Of a stretch of DNA of 64,000 nucleotides, positions 1 to 10,132 are shown in pieces. The stretch is from positions 2,112,001 through 2,176,000 of the forward strand of contig OY970320.1 of the NCBI GenBank assembly GCA_963716745.1. Reading direction: 5' to 3'. The notes beneath the pieces were generated by a model. That model was given only the letters and a program-made list of their open reading frames with translations. It searched no databases and had not been told where the DNA came from. A program made the position numbers and the translations under genes. This DNA is from an uncultured Gemmatimonadaceae bacterium (GTDB taxonomy: Bacteria > Gemmatimonadota > Gemmatimonadetes > Gemmatimonadales > Gemmatimonadaceae). Numbering within the stretch: the stretch's first letter is position 1; every line of letters starts with the position of its first letter.

Positions 1-525
1 GCGCATCACACTCCGCCCGAAGTCGCGGCCGCACCCGCGCCCGCCGCGAAGCACAGCACCGCCTGGGAGGATTCCGTGACGCTCGCGCGAATGCACGCCG
101 ACGCCGCGGCCGCCGCGGACCGCCGCGCCGCCCTCGAGCGCCAGGCCGCCGCCGACCGCGCATCACTCGAACAGCTCACGTTCTTCCCCTTCAATGTCGC
201 CGCGCTCAACGACTCCGATCGCGCCGTGCTCGACGCCAAGATCCCCGTGCTCCAGGCGAACCCCGGACTCGTCATCCGCATCGCCGGCAATTGTGACGAT
301 CGTGGCTCCGAGGAATACAACGTTGCGCTCGGTGAGCGCCGCGCGGCCGCCGCGAAGCGCTATCTGGTGGACCGCGGCATCGACGCGGCGCGCATCCAGA
401 TCATCAGCTACGGAATGGAGAAGCCCCTCGAACAAGGCGACAACGACAAAGCCTGGGCGATGAACCGCAACGACCAGTTCGTCGTCGTCGCCGGACAGAT
501 CCAGGCGAACACCGCACACAACTAG
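1..525 (+). CDS. OmpA/Pal-family peptidoglycan-associated protein, 5'-truncated by window edge
   Basis: Frame open from base 1; OmpA C-terminal motifs GNCDDRGSEEYNVALGERRA and ISYGMEKP. Confidence 0.9.
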   Translation, partial: AHHTPPEVAAAPAPAAKHSTAWEDSVTLARMHADAAAAADRRAALERQAAADRASLEQLTFFPFNVAALNDSDRAVLDAKIPVLQANPGLVIRIAGNCDDRGSEEYNVALGERRAAAAKRYLVDRGIDAARIQIISYGMEKPLEQGDNDKAWAMNRNDQFVVVAGQIQANTAHN

Positions 526-558
526 CACGAGCGCGGACGGGCGCCGGCGCCACCCGCG

Positions 559-1822
559 CTACGGCGCCCCGTCCGCGGGAGGCTGCAGTTCCCGCAGTTC
601 GCGCAGCTCGGGCCACCACCGCGCGACTCCCGCTACCACGAGCAGCGTAGCGATGCCTCCGCCCACTACGCTGATCACCGGCCCGAACAGCGCGGCGGCC
701 GCGCCCGATTCGAAACCGCCCAGTTGGTTCGACGTGTCGATGAACAGACTGTTCACCGCGCTCACGCGGCCGCGCATCACATCGGGCGTGCGCACCTGCA
801 CCAGTGTCTGGCGGATCACGACGCTCACCATGTCGAACGCGCCGGCGACGATCATCATCACGAGCGACAACGGATACCAGGTCGAGAACCCGAAGATGAT
901 CGTCGTCACGCCGAAGCCCGCCACGGCCCAGAGCACGCTGCGCCCCGCGCGTCGCATCGGCCTCCCATGCGCCAGCACGAACGCGATCGCCACGGCGCCG
1001 AGCGCGGGCGCGGCGCGCAGCCATCCGAATCCCGTCGGGCCGACGTGCAGGATGTCCTTCGCGTAAATGGGCAGCAGCGTCATCGCGCCGCCGAAGAGCA
1101 CGGCCAGAAGATCGAGCGTGATCGCGCCGAAGATCACCGGGTCGTGGCGCACGAAGCGGAATCCGGCGAGCAGGGTCTTGGCCGACATCGCCGCGGCGGC
1201 GCGCGGCGCCGCGCGCCCCCGCAGCACCGCCAAACACACCATGAAGCACAGCATGAGCACGGCATCGCACAGGTACACGGGCCCCGCGCGGTGCGCGAGC
1301 GCGATCACCGCGCCGCCGAGCGCCGGACCGATCACGCTCGCCGCCTGCCACCCCGTGCTTCCCCACGTGACCGCGTTCGCGAAGTGCTCGCTCGGCACGA
1401 GCTGCGGCAGCATCGCGGCCGACGCCGGGCGATGGAACGCGAGCGCCACGCCCACCGCGAAGAGGCACACGAACATCAGCCACACCGGCGCCTGCGTGTA
1501 CGAGATCCATGCGAGCGCCAGCGAAGTGAGGATCAGCATCGCGAGCGACAGCATCACGACCTGGCGCCGGTCGAACCGGTCGGCAGCATGTCCCGCGGGC
1601 AGCACCAACAGGAAGATCGGCACCACCTGCACGAGTCCGACCATGCCGAGCGCGAACGCCGAGCCTGTGCGCTCGTACAGTTCCCAGCCGATCGCGACAT
1701 TGAGCATTCTGCGCGCCGATCACGCTCAGGAACCGCCCGCCCAGGAAGAACCGGTAGTCGCGCGATGCGAGCGCGGCGTACGGCCGCGACGCCGCCTCCC
1801 GCTCTTCAGTGGCTCGCGGCAC
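559..1822 (-). CDS. MFS transporter (EntS/H+ antiporter-like); one frameshift near 1707
   Basis: N-terminus (YAALASRDYRFFLGGRFLS) lies in ORF 404..1822 and the rest in 559..1707; motif A GHAADRFDRR; many hydrophobic helices. Confidence 0.85.
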
Positions 1823-3495
1823 GATACACTGGGCGACCGTCGAAGAGCGTGAGGATGACGCGCGCCTTATGCACTTCGGTGGCCGCGATCGTGTCGAGAT
1901 CGTGGTCGAGCACGATCAGGTCCGCGGCCTTGCCCACGGTGATGGAGCCCGTGGTCCGTTCCTGGAAATTCGCGCGCGCGCCCTGAATGGTGTACGCCTC
2001 GAGCATGACGTCGAGCGTCACGGTCTCATTCGGCAGCCACGGATCTCCTGGCGGCCCGTCGGGGTCGCGCCGGGTCACGCCCACCTGGATCGCTTGCAAC
2101 GGATCCATGGAGCTGACGTTCCAATCGCTGCCGCCCACGATCGTGCCGCCCGCGCGCCGCACCTCTCCCATCGGATACAGTCGCGCCGAACGCTCGGGAC
2201 CGAGCACCGGCTCAGTGAGATCGCGGATGTAACTGTCGCGATAGGCCCACAACGCCTGGAAATTCGCGAGCACACCGAGCTGTGCGAATCGCGGAATGTC
2301 CTTCGCATCGATCATCTCGAGAATGCGCGATCTGATGCCGCGAGTCGCGGGGGCCGTTCGCGGCGCGCGCCGCGGCGAACGCGTCCAGCGCTTCACGCAC
2401 CGCACGATCGCCGATCGCGTGCACGTGCACATGGAAGCCCGCGCGGTCGAGCGCGATCACGATGGAGTCCATCGTGGCCGGCGCGATCTCGGTGGGCCCG
2501 AGGCTCTTGGTACCCACGTACGGCTCCAGCAGGGCCGCGGTGCCCGATTCGATCACGCCATCGGCGAAGATCTTGGCGCTGATCGGCCGCACGTGCGCCG
2601 ATAGATATCGCGCGCGCCATTTCTCCATGTGCTTCACCTGCGCCACGCCGCCCGCGGGGTCCACGAGGATCGCGGCCACCACGCGCACGGTGAGCGCGTG
2701 CTCGCGCTCGAGCGCCGCGTACGTCATGAGGTCCGACGAGTCGACGCTCGCGTCCTGCATGGACGTAATGCCCAGCGAATTCGCGAGCGTCATCGCGGCG
2801 AGCAGCCCGCGCCGGTACTCCGCCGGCGTGCGCGCCGGCAGATGCGCGCTCACGAGCGACACGGCCGCCTCGCGCAACGTGCCGCTCGGCGCGCCCGCCG
2901 CATCACGCTCAATGCGGCCGCGTGGCGGATCGAGCGTCGCGGTCGTGATGCCGGCGATCGCCAGCGCGCGCGAATTGACCCACGCGGAATGCCCGTCGGC
3001 CGCGCGCAGGAACACAGGCCGGCCCGGTACGAGGGAATCGAGCAGCTGACGCGAAGGATTCGCCGCGGTGAAGATCGGCAGCGCCCAGCCACGCCCCCGA
3101 AGCCACCCGTTGCCGGGATGCTCCTTCGCGCACTTCCGGATGCGGGCCTCCAGCATTGCGCGCGTGCTGTCGTCATCGAGCACGCAATCCGCGAGCGCCA
3201 TCCCGCCGCTGATCGGGTGCAGATGGCTGTCCTGGAAGCCAGGCAACAGCGTCTTGCCTGTGAGTTCTACGACGGTCGTGCGCGGCCCGATGAAAGGTGC
3301 GGTGCCGGAATCGTCGCCCACGTAGACGATCTTCGTGCCGGCCACTGCCGCGGCGGTGGCATGTGGGTGCGAGGAATCCGCGGTGTACACCGTGCCACCG
3401 CGGAACACGAAGTCGGCTTCGACCTGCTGCGCGCGCACACACACGGGCGCCGCCGCGAGGCACGCCAACAGGACACGCCGCCATGCGAACGTCAT
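1806..3495 (-). CDS. Secreted amidohydrolase (Amidohydro_3/YtcJ-like); frameshift near 2310
   Basis: Signal peptide MTFAWRRVLL; motifs PGFQDSHLH, HVHAIGDRA and GSDW; C-terminus in ORF 1806..2432. Confidence 0.88.
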
Positions 3496-4019
3496 GGCTC
3501 CCACTCCTTGAGCAATTGATCCACTTGGCTGTCGTAGGAGTACGCGGCCGCCGTGAGCAGCGCGCCTCCGATGAGCATGGCGAAATCCACCGCCGTGAAG
3601 GTGCCGTTCCGCGGCGCGTGCGGCGCGACTTTCTCGTTCACTCGCGCCATCGTGATCTGCACCGGCAGCACCGGCAGCAACAGCGCGACGCCGGTGAACC
3701 ACGCGGGAAGGCCCACGAACAGCGCGATGTGCGCGATGAGGTACACGGCGGCCACGCCGACCGCGCTCCACCCGCGCCAAACGCCGCACTCCGCCGCGCT
3801 CTCCCGCGCGCGCTCGAACAAACGATACGACGCCAACGGCGCGAACAGCACGCGCCACGTGGGACTCACGGCTTCGCCGCGCAGATCGTGCAGCCGGCGC
3901 CAATTCGCCCAGAGCCAGTAGTACTGATACATGCCCAGCGTGCCGACGTTCATCACCACGAACTTCGTGGTCGTCACGGGCCACCAGGGTGCCGGCGCGT
4001 CGGGCGCCTCGCCCGTCAC
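3492..4019 (-). CDS. Hypothetical membrane protein (DUF4234-like)
   Basis: TLGMYQYYWLWANW motif; about 4 TM segments; ATGA overlap with the downstream gene. Confidence 0.65.
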   Translation of the reverse strand: MTGEAPDAPAPWWPVTTTKFVVMNVGTLGMYQYYWLWANWRRLHDLRGEAVSPTWRVLFAPLASYRLFERARESAAECGVWRGWSAVGVAAVYLIAHIALFVGLPAWFTGVALLLPVLPVQITMARVNEKVAPHAPRNGTFTAVDFAMLIGGALLTAAAYSYDSQVDQLLKEWEP

Positions 4020-4020
4020 G

Positions 4021-6036
4021 CTAGCCGAGCTTCTCGAGTTCGTCGCCGAGCTCGGCGGCGGTGGCCGGGCGTTCGTTGCGGTCGCGCGCGATGGTGCGCA
4101 CGATCAGCGCCGAGAGTGCGGCCGGCACTTCCGGGTTCACCTCGATCGGCGGGCGCGGCGGCTCGGAAAGCATCTTGCCGATGAGCACCGTGGCCGAGTC
4201 CGCGACCCATGGGCGTGCGCCGGTGAGACACTCGTAGAGCACGATGCCCGCCGAGTAGATGTCGGCGCGCGCATCGATCTCGTCGCCGAGCAGCTGCTCG
4301 GGCGCCATGTACTCCGGCGTGCCCACCACCATGCCGGTGCGAGTCATTCCCTGTTTGCGTTCGGTGAGACGCGCGATGCCGAAGTCCATCACCTTCAGCA
4401 CGCCGTCGGGCTGCACCACGAGGTTCTGCGGCTTGATATCGCGATGGATCACGCCTTCTTCGTGGGCGACCTGCAGCGCGCGCGCGAGCTGCTTGCCGAT
4501 GGTGATCGTCGCGGCTGGTGGGATCCGCCCTTTCTTCTGAAGGAGATCGGAGAGTGACGTGCCGGCGACGTACTCCATGGTGATATAGTGCGTGCCGTCC
4601 GCCTCGCCGATGTCGTGCGTGCGCACGACGTTCCGGTGCGAGATCTTGCGCGCGAGGCGGATCTCGCTGCGGAAGCGCTCGAGTGCCGTGGCATCGTTGC
4701 TCAGGAAATCCGCTCGCAGCGTCTTGATCGCGATCGGCTCTCCTAGCTGCGTGTCGGTGGCCTTGTACACGGTGCCCATGCCGCCCTGTCCGAGCGTGCT
4801 GACGATCTGATAGCGCCCGGCGAACAGCGCGCCCTGCGTAATGGCCTTGCTCGTCGCGACCGTCGCCGCGTTCGCGAGCGCCTCGGCCTTCTCGCGCGAG
4901 ACCGCGGTTCGCTCGCCGCTCGTCTTGAGGGTCTGCACCAGCGCCTGCTGGTCGCGCAACTCGGAGAGCAGGGCGGTGAACGCGCCGGCGAGCTCGCCGA
5001 TCTCGTCCCGCGATTTGATCGCGGGCGGCGCACTGTAGTCCCCCTGCGCCGCGCGCCGCGCCGCGGCCACGAGCGTGCCGAGCGGACGCGTGATTCCGCG
5101 CGCGAGCAGGATCGAGCAGATGATCGCGAGCAGGATGCCGATGCCCGCCGCCAGCAACAGTCCATTCCGCACTCCCGTGAGCGCCGCTGACTGTTTCGCA
5201 CGGACCCGCAGCGCGGTGAACCCACCGAGCGCGCGTCCGCTCGCCGACAGGAGCGAGTCGTCGCGCGCTAGATACTGCGTGCCGCTGATGGACACGATCC
5301 GTTGATCGTAGGCCGTGTCCGTCGGGAGCCGCGTTTTGATGTGCAGCGCGATGGGCGCGCTGAGTTCGTTGCCGCGTTCCATCGTCGTCGCGGCGACACG
5401 CGCGTTCTTCGCGGAATCGAAGGTGAAGAACACGATCTCGCTGGTGGTGACCGATTTCACCGCGTAGGCGAGCGAGTCGGTCACGTTCTTCGCGGCCATG
5501 AGCGCGCCGATGATCTTGCCGGGTGGCACGATGATCGGCACGGCGACCGCCTGGAACAGGATCGTATCCTGCGAGATGCCGTAGGCGGTCATGTTCTGCC
5601 CTTCCAGCGCGCCCGCGATGAGGGGCGACTGCGCGAGCGATACCATCGGCGCGGCTGGCATGTCGCTGCGCGCCAGGCGCACGCCCGCGCTGTCGGTGAT
5701 CTGCACCCACGTCGCACCCGAGCGGTCCGCGGCCTCACGCGCCTGGTCCGTGAGCGTGCCGGGTTTGGCGTGCAGAACGAGATCGCGGAACACCGGGCTC
5801 TGCACGAAGGTCGTCGCGCCGCGCAGCAGCGTTTGCTGCTGGCCGCTGAGCAGCGTACTCGCCGTGCGCGCGCCCTGCGCCACCGACTGGTCGACCGCCG
5901 CCCGCGCCGCGTTCTCGGCCGAACGATAGCTCAATCGCGTGGACACGCCCATCGCCACGATCACGGCCGCGGCGGTGCCGAGGAATATCTTCCACGCGAT
6001 CGGGAAACTCGCGCGCTGCGTATTCTTGTCGGCCAT
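4021..6036 (-). CDS. Membrane Ser/Thr protein kinase with periplasmic (Cache-like) sensor and HAMP domain
   Basis: TM-sensor-TM, then HAMP (ITRPL...SRDEIGELA), then kinase motifs GQGGMG, AIK, HRDIKPQN, DFG, YMAPE. Confidence 0.93.
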   Translation of the reverse strand: MADKNTQRASFPIAWKIFLGTAAAVIVAMGVSTRLSYRSAENAARAAVDQSVAQGARTASTLLSGQQQTLLRGATTFVQSPVFRDLVLHAKPGTLTDQAREAADRSGATWVQITDSAGVRLARSDMPAAPMVSLAQSPLIAGALEGQNMTAYGISQDTILFQAVAVPIIVPPGKIIGALMAAKNVTDSLAYAVKSVTTSEIVFFTFDSAKNARVAATTMERGNELSAPIALHIKTRLPTDTAYDQRIVSISGTQYLARDDSLLSASGRALGGFTALRVRAKQSAALTGVRNGLLLAAGIGILLAIICSILLARGITRPLGTLVAAARRAAQGDYSAPPAIKSRDEIGELAGAFTALLSELRDQQALVQTLKTSGERTAVSREKAEALANAATVATSKAITQGALFAGRYQIVSTLGQGGMGTVYKATDTQLGEPIAIKTLRADFLSNDATALERFRSEIRLARKISHRNVVRTHDIGEADGTHYITMEYVAGTSLSDLLQKKGRIPPAATITIGKQLARALQVAHEEGVIHRDIKPQNLVVQPDGVLKVMDFGIARLTERKQGMTRTGMVVGTPEYMAPEQLLGDEIDARADIYSAGIVLYECLTGARPWVADSATVLIGKMLSEPPRPPIEVNPEVPAALSALIVRTIARDRNERPATAAELGDELEKLG

Positions 6037-6038
6037 CG

Positions 6039-6722
6039 TTAGTACTTATCCCCTTGGGCTTCGTAGTCCAGCCCCTGCTTGTTCTTGTGCGCCTCGAGCC
6101 GGAAGCCGCGCGCATCGAGTTGGACGTTCTCTCCCGAAAGCCCGGCCGCCGGCACGGTCACCTGCCGGAGCAGCTCGCCGCCGCGCTCGTGCCAGATATG
6201 CAGCGTATACGCACCCGCGGGTACCCCCGCGATCGTGAACGAGCCATCCGATCCAGCCTGCGTATACCATGGCGTCGCCAACACGACGATGACGGCCGAC
6301 ATCTGCTCATGGATGTTGCAATACACGGGATAGACGCCGGGCTTCTTGAGCACCTGCTGGATGGTGCTGCCGCGGTCCGAGAGCCCATAGTCGAACGTGC
6401 CGGCTGCCGTATTGGAGAACGCGTTGTGCTGGAAGGGATCCTGGTTCTGGAACTGGACGGTGCTGCCCTCGGTCACGATGGTGATATGCGGCACGAACTC
6501 GCGCGCGTGCATCGTAATCAGTGCATGCGACGGATGACTCGGTGCGGGCTTGCCGGGCGCGAGCTCCAGATAGACCACAGTGTTCGCGAGGTCGGTCGTG
6601 TTCTTCCCCTTCTTCTCGAGGATCGCGACCTGCCCGCTCACCGCGCCCTGCGCCGGAAGTGCGCCGCGCGCGAACGCGATCGCGCACACCACCGATACCG
6701 CTCGAATTGGGAGGACTGTCAT
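6039..6722 (-). CDS. Secreted cupredoxin-like protein with C-terminal carboxypeptidase-regulatory-like domain
   Basis: Signal peptide; NQDPFQHNAFS and YCNIHEQM give His/Cys/His/Met ligands; GSFTIAGVPAGAYTLHIWH. Confidence 0.8.
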   Translation of the reverse strand: MTVLPIRAVSVVCAIAFARGALPAQGAVSGQVAILEKKGKNTTDLANTVVYLELAPGKPAPSHPSHALITMHAREFVPHITIVTEGSTVQFQNQDPFQHNAFSNTAAGTFDYGLSDRGSTIQQVLKKPGVYPVYCNIHEQMSAVIVVLATPWYTQAGSDGSFTIAGVPAGAYTLHIWHERGGELLRQVTVPAAGLSGENVQLDARGFRLEAHKNKQGLDYEAQGDKY

Positions 6723-6819
6723 GACTCTAAGACTCCGCGCTGCCGGAGGATGTCACCACCGACATTCCGAGTGACGAATGTGCCGTCCGGCGCGCGACGC
6801 CGTCAAGCGGACTTCGCGG

Positions 6820-6978
6820 GGCGCGCGTGGCCACTCGTACCGCTGAAACGGCGCGTATAGCAACCGAGCGTATGGTACTGCAGGGCGAACGTGGGCGCCG
6901 CCCCCGCTCACGCCGAGCCGTACCATACGCTCAGTTGCCAAACGCGCTGTTTCAGCGGTACGAAGGCCTACACGCGCC
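6820..6978. repeat. Intergenic palindromic element (family GTACCGCTGAA/GTACCATACGCTC)
   Basis: GTACCGCTGAAACGGCGCGT...GAGCGTATGGTAC pairs with GTACCATACGCTC...ACGCGCTGTTTCAGCGGTAC; a half copy lies at 38461-38514. Confidence 0.85.
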
Positions 6979-7035
6979 GTTGGCGCACTGTTGAACTAAT
7001 CGCGCCTGCAATTACATTGATTCACAACTGAACCC

Positions 7036-7085
7036 CGCGGCGATTTGTTGCGATTGCGGCCGCGTTAGAAATCCTGCTAAACCGC
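7036..7085 (+). ncRNA. SAM-II (SAM-alpha) riboswitch aptamer upstream of metK
   Basis: CGCGGC-GATTTGTTGCGATTGCG-GCCGCG-TTAGAAATCCTGCTAAACCGC has the P1 stem plus the GAUUU, UUGC, AAAU and GCUAAA hallmarks of SAM-II; lies 5' of SAM synthetase. Confidence 0.8.
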
Positions 7086-7176
7086 TCGCGTGCAGAATGC
7101 ATCTCAGCCCGGGGGCGGTGGTCGCCTGCCGGGCTTCATCACATCCGGCGGGCACTACACTGGAGCCCGTTCCGCC

Positions 7177-8367
7177 ATGACGCATTCCGCCGGCGACTCG
7201 TACGTCTTCTCGAGCGAGTCCGTATCCGAAGGGCACCCCGACAAACTCGCCGACCGCATCAGCGACCGGGTGCTCGATCACTTCCTCTCGCTCGATCCGA
7301 AATCGCGCGTGGCATGCGAGACGCTCGTCACGAAGAACTACGTCTGCATCGCCGGCGAATGGCGCTCCAAAGTGAGCGTGCCCAACGCCGACATCGAACG
7401 CCTCGCGCGCGAGGTGATCCTCGAGACGGGATACGACGGATTCGACGAGCGGTTCGGCCATAAGACCGCGGTGATCGACATCCGCCTCCAGCCGCAAGCG
7501 TTCGAGATCGCGCACGCCGTGGATGAGAAGGCGAGCGCCGAGTTGCAGGGCGCGGGCGATCAGGGTCTCATGTTCGGCTTCGCCTGCGACGACACGCCGT
7601 CGCTCATGCCGGCGCCCATCATGTACGCGCACGCGATCGTCCACGAACTCGCGCGCGCGCGCAAGGCGAAAGAGATCGCGTGGCTGCGCCCCGACGCGAA
7701 ATCGCAGGTGTCGATCCGCTACGAGGGCACGCGCCCGGCCGAAGTCACGCGCGCGGTGGTCTCCACGCAGCACGATCCGTCGGCGACGCAGAAGATGATC
7801 CGCGAGTACGTGATCGAGCAACTGCTGCCGAAAGTGATCCCAGCGGCGCTGCTCACGAAGGGATGGAAGGATCGCGTGCTCGCGAATCCGTCGGACGCGT
7901 TCACCGAAGGCGGCCCAGCCACCGACACCGGGCTCACGGGCCGCAAGATCATCGTCGACAGCTACGGCGGCTTCGCGCGTCATGGCGGCGGCGCGTTCAG
8001 CGGCAAGGATCCCTCCAAAGTGGACCGCTCGGCGGCGTACGCCGCGCGCTGGGTCGCGAAGAACATCGTGGCGGCCGGACTCGCCACCAAATGCGAAGTG
8101 CAGGTTGCGTACGCGATCGGCGTGCGCGAGCCTGTCTCGATCATGGTGGACAGCTTCGGCACCTCAAAGCTGTCGCGCGCGGAACTCGATGCGCGCGTCG
8201 CGGCGGCATTCGACCTCACGCCGTTCGGGATCATCCGCGATCTGCAGCTCGAGCGGCCCATTTATTACTCCACCGCGGCGTATGGGCACTTCGGTCGCGA
8301 GCCGGGGGAAGTGAAGGGTGGGTTCTCGTGGGAGAGTCCGTCGCGGGTGAAGGCGCTGAAGGGCTGA
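7177..8367 (+). CDS. metK: S-adenosylmethionine synthetase
   Basis: SESVSEGHPDK, GAGDQG, GGGAFSGKDPSKVDRSAAY; ATG at 7177 follows TGGAG. Confidence 0.98.
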   Translation: MTHSAGDSYVFSSESVSEGHPDKLADRISDRVLDHFLSLDPKSRVACETLVTKNYVCIAGEWRSKVSVPNADIERLAREVILETGYDGFDERFGHKTAVIDIRLQPQAFEIAHAVDEKASAELQGAGDQGLMFGFACDDTPSLMPAPIMYAHAIVHELARARKAKEIAWLRPDAKSQVSIRYEGTRPAEVTRAVVSTQHDPSATQKMIREYVIEQLLPKVIPAALLTKGWKDRVLANPSDAFTEGGPATDTGLTGRKIIVDSYGGFARHGGGAFSGKDPSKVDRSAAYAARWVAKNIVAAGLATKCEVQVAYAIGVREPVSIMVDSFGTSKLSRAELDARVAAAFDLTPFGIIRDLQLERPIYYSTAAYGHFGREPGEVKGGFSWESPSRVKALKG

Positions 8368-8416
8368 ACGGCGGGCGTGTACTGCGACTACGCGAGCCAC
8401 CAGTGTGCTTTCCGTT

Positions 8417-8594
8417 GCAGAAAACAGGAAACAGTCACGAGTGACTGCCAGTCGACAGTCACCAGTCAACAGTTCACAGAAAACGGATCACGAATGGGCG
8501 GGCGATCTCTCGCTCGCGCACGATCCGTTCTCTGTGACCTGTGAGCTGTTGACTGTCGACTGGCAGTCACTCGTGACTGTTTGCTGTTGACTGC
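8417..8594. repeat. Heptamer-arm palindromic element (ACAGTCA family), about 180 bp
   Basis: AAACAGTCACGAGTGACTGCCAGTCGACAGTCA...CACAGAAAACGGATC pairs with its reverse complement; same family as 48531-48803. Confidence 0.9.
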
Positions 8595-8694
8595 AGCCTT
8601 ACGCGACCTGGTGCTGTCTCCGCGGTCCCGGTCTGCCCCCGCGACGCCAGCCCCTTCTTGTCAGCGGGAGTCGTGCGCGCTAGCGTAGGTCCCA

Positions 8695-9802
8695 ATGGTG
8701 ACCATCGCAGTGCCGTCGGAGACGACGGCCGACGAGGCGCGCGTTGCGCTCGTGCCCGAGAGCGTGGCCAAGCTCGTGAAGGCCGGCGCGCGGGTCATCG
8801 TGCAGCGCGGCGCCGGCGACCGCGCGGGGTTCCCCGATGATGCCTATGTGAAGGCGGGCGCCACGCTCGCCGCCGATGCGGCGGCCGCGTTCGCCGATGC
8901 CGCCGTCGTCGTGCACGTGCGCCGCCCCACAGCACAGGAGGCGGCGCTTCTGCGTGAGGGCACGGTGCTCATCGCGCTGCTGCAGCCATCCGCGAGCGCC
9001 GACCTCTTCGCCGCGCTCGCCGCGCGCAAAGTGAGCGCGCTCGCCCTCGAGCGCGTGCCGCGCATCACGCGCGCGCAGTCGATGGACGTCCTCTCGTCGC
9101 AGAGCACGGCGAGCGGATACAAGGCGGTGCTCATCGGCGCCGCCGCGCTCGGGAAATTCCTGCCGATGCTCACTACCGCCGCCGGCTCGATCCGCCCCGC
9201 CCAAGTATTCATCATCGGCGCCGGCGTCGCCGGACTCCAGGCGATCGCCACCGCGCGACGCCTCGGCGGCGTCGTCTCCGCGTTCGACGTGCGCGCCGCC
9301 GCCGCCGAGCAAGTGAAAAGCCTCGGCGCCACATTCGTCGCGACCGATCTCGTCTCCGCGAGCGCGGAGGACAAGGGCGGCTACGCGAAGGCGCAGGCCG
9401 AGGACGAGCGCGCACGCACGCTCGACGCGATCGGCAAGCACATCGTGTCGCAGGATCTCGTGGTGACGACCGCGCTCATTCCCGGCAAGCCGGCACCGGT
9501 GCTGATCACCGCCGCCATGGTGAAGGGCGATGCGGCCCGGCGCGGTGATCGTGGACCTCGCCGCGGAAGCCGGCGGCAATTGCGAGCTCACCAAGCCCGG
9601 CGAGACCGTCGTCGTGAACGGCGTCACGATCATCGGCGCGATGAACCTCGCGGCCACGGTGCCGCTGCACGCCAGCGAGATGCTGAGCCGCAATGTGCTC
9701 ACGCTGCTTCAGCACTTGATGAAGGAAGGCGCGATCGCGATCGATCCCGCCGAGGAGATCACGAAGGCGATGCTCGTCACGCACGACGGAGCGATCCTGT
9801 GA
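8695..9802 (+). CDS. pntA: NAD(P) transhydrogenase subunit alpha, domain I; frameshift near 9530
   Basis: ERVPRITRAQSMDVLSSQ and GAGVAGLQAIATA; continues as IVDLAAEAGGNC in ORF 9530..9802. Confidence 0.93.
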
Positions 9803-10131
9803 GCCTCACACTTTTGCAGCTCTACGTATTCGTCCTCGCCGCCTTCGTCGGCTTCCTGGTGATCACGCGCGTGCCGCCGCTGCTGCATACGCCGCTCATG
9901 AGCGCGACGAACGCCATCAGCGCGATCAGTCTCGTCGGCTCCCTTGTCGCGGCGGGATCCAACAAGGGCACCGTGTCCACCGTGCTCGGCTTCATTGCGG
10001 TCGCGGCCGCGATGACCAACGTCGTCGGCGGATTCATCATCACCGACCGCATGCTGAAGATGTTCAAGCGCGAGCCAGCGCCCGGGAAATCGACCGCGAG
10101 TCCCGAGTCCCAAGTCCCGAGTAGTAAGTAG
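9799..10131 (+). CDS. pntA: NAD(P) transhydrogenase subunit alpha part 2 (membrane)
   Basis: GTG start overlaps upstream TGA; VPPLLHTPLMSATNAIS and NVVGGFIITDRMLKMF. Confidence 0.92.
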   Translation: MSLTLLQLYVFVLAAFVGFLVITRVPPLLHTPLMSATNAISAISLVGSLVAAGSNKGTVSTVLGFIAVAAAMTNVVGGFIITDRMLKMFKREPAPGKSTASPESQVPSSK

Positions 10132-10132
10132 C

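Noticed and set aside
8695..10131. Single fused PntA
   Set aside because: The ORF drifts out of frame at about 9530; domain I ends at 9802 and part 2 has its own GTG.
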